From positions 1-35,247 of the forward strand of contig JAKAMF010000002.1 of assembly GCA_021813045.1 (NCBI GenBank): a DNA stretch of 35,247 nucleotides, read 5' to 3'. The position numbers and the translations under genes were made by a program. The notes beneath the pieces are model-generated. The model made no database searches and was not told the DNA's origin. It was given only the letters and a program-made list of their open reading frames with translations. Each line of letters starts with the position of its first letter. The first letter of the stretch is position 1. The DNA comes from a bacterium (GTDB lineage Bacteria > Omnitrophota > Gorgyraeia > Gygaellales > Profunditerraquicolaceae). Below are positions 34,267-35,247 of the stretch, one piece after another.

Positions 34267-34503
34267 TTACTCCTTCCTTTCTTCTATCTTGATCGCTTTC
34301 ATCCGGCCGAACTGGCCGCAGGTATCAAAAATAATTGTCGGGTCTTCAACATTAATATTAATTTTATATTCTGAGCTCTCGTCTCCGCCGTCCTCTAAAG
34401 ATGAGACCTCTAAATCGCGGCCAAACTCCAACAACGCGTTTTTGATTACAGTTTGGCTGGTATTTTTAGCGCTTAAAATAAAATCTAAATAATAACGGGT
34501 CAT
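34267..34503 (-). CDS. Hypothetical small acidic protein
   Basis: 78-aa ORF tightly coupled to its neighbours: a 4-nt overlap with pgeF and a 2-nt gap to the flavodoxin gene. I recognise no family. Confidence 0.5.
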   Translation of the reverse strand: MTRYYLDFILSAKNTSQTVIKNALLEFGRDLEVSSLEDGGDESSEYKININVEDPTIIFDTCGQFGRMKAIKIEERKE

Positions 34504-35204
34504 TTTAACATAATTACTGACATCATCCGGCCGCAGGAAGATCCCTGGCGGCGATAAGAAAAGAATTCGTGATTACAAAAAGTACAGCTTGCGGCAGATG
34601 AAATATTTTCTTCTTTTAAGCCGGCTTCGATCAACTGGCCTTTGTTGACTTGCGCTAAATCTAAATAATATTTCCCCTGCTTTTGCCGAATGCCGCAATC
34701 AAAATAACCGGTAAATTCTTTCCCTACTTCATAACAGCAAGGGCCGATGGCCGGGCCAAAACCGGCCAAGATATCGGCTGCCTGCGAATTAAATTCTTTA
34801 ACCATTAGGCGCACGGTTTTGGCCGCCAGGCGCTTGTGGCTGGAACGCCAGCCGGCATGCACAACGCCCGCGGCATGCTTAATCGGATCATAGAGAAAAA
34901 CCGAAAGGCAATCCGCGGTAAATACGGCCAAGGGAAGGTTTTTTTCCTGCGTGATCAGGGCATCGGTTTGACTAAAGGCGTCCTGATAATTTAAAGCTCC
35001 CCTGCCTTTATGCTCTTGTCCAACACAAACGACTGCGTCCTCATGAACTTGATTAGCGCAGGCTAAATTTCGATACTCAACCCCCAAAGAACGTAAAAAT
35101 TCCTCACGGTTAGTTAAAGAACTTCCGGTATCCCCATGTTTAAAAGACATGTTTTGCGGCTGGCGGCTAAAAGCGGCAACTATTCCGGGATGGCTAAAAA
35201 TCAT
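34500..35204 (-). CDS. pgeF: Peptidoglycan editing factor PgeF / YfiH (DUF152, laccase-domain) protein
   Basis: 234 aa with motifs NQVH, TADCLSVFLYD and HAGWR. Confidence 0.88.
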   Translation of the reverse strand: MIFSHPGIVAAFSRQPQNMSFKHGDTGSSLTNREEFLRSLGVEYRNLACANQVHEDAVVCVGQEHKGRGALNYQDAFSQTDALITQEKNLPLAVFTADCLSVFLYDPIKHAAGVVHAGWRSSHKRLAAKTVRLMVKEFNSQAADILAGFGPAIGPCCYEVGKEFTGYFDCGIRQKQGKYYLDLAQVNKGQLIEAGLKEENISSAASCTFCNHEFFSYRRQGSSCGRMMSVIMLK

Positions 35205-35247
35205 TTAGCTTCTAAAACTTTGCTATCCTGCGCAACCATAAATCTAT
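35205..35247 (-). CDS. 3' end of an upstream minus-strand gene (partial, unidentified)
   Basis: An open frame runs into the window edge and ends ...RFMVAQDSKVLEA-TAA. The TAA at 35207-35205 abuts the pgeF ATG. Too short to identify. Confidence 0.3.

Noticed and set aside
1-35247. CRISPR arrays, rRNA genes, transposases/integrases, toxin-antitoxin pairs and known defence systems
   Set aside because: I looked for regularly spaced direct repeats, rRNA-like conserved blocks and characteristic protein motifs on both strands and found none. The only repeats are the two three-hairpin elements reported above.

Overview
35.2-kb window from a diderm, probably anaerobic bacterium with moderately low G+C. 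The gene content (LpxI, fused LpxC-FabZ, BamA/Skp, archaeal-type RtcB plus archease, split transketolase, four-subunit 2-oxoacid:ferredoxin oxidoreductase) suggests an uncultivated lineage; that is inference only. About 45 CDS and all 4 tRNAs lie on the minus strand in tightly packed, often overlapping operons; the only plus-strand gene is a PpiD-like chaperone. Reading along the minus strand from high to low coordinates: (1) a nine-gene redox/thiol operon, pgeF to a MetE-like gene; (2) porGDAB, a ferritin-like gene and a ferredoxin; (3) an ORF6N gene; (4) hisG, a small bS22-like ORF missing from the ORF track, and a TPR protein; (5) split transketolase; (6) ispE-spoVG-tRNA-Gln-glmU-prs-ctc-pth; (7) rpsF-ssb-rpsR-rplI-dnaB; (8) bamA-skp-lpxD-lpxC::fabZ-lpxA-lpxI; (9) a stand-alone CBM48 minigene and a radical SAM gene; (10) tRNA-Arg, tRNA-Lys, archease-rtcB, serS, a membrane protein and tRNA-Ser. 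Most of this is ordinary core genome. Four things are out of the ordinary. First, the only long intergenic gap (24446-24964) holds a roughly 63% G+C, heavily base-paired element of about 290 nt. It has a closing rod of about 40 bp, several perfect hairpins and a pseudoknot or switch arrangement, and it is transcribed divergently from the lone accessory-looking ORF6N gene across a palindromic operator-like site. I consider this the best candidate for an undescribed structured RNA or RNA-protein module. Second, a three-hairpin intergenic repeat occurs twice (3980-4111 and 30074-30191) in opposite orientations, with compensatory substitutions in its stems. Third, tRNA genes cluster with archease-RtcB and SerRS. 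Fourth, there are several protein oddities: SpoVG with a zinc-ribbon insertion, SSB without the canonical C-terminal tip, and tRNA-Arg with C55. No CRISPR array, rRNA, transposase or recognisable defence gene was seen.
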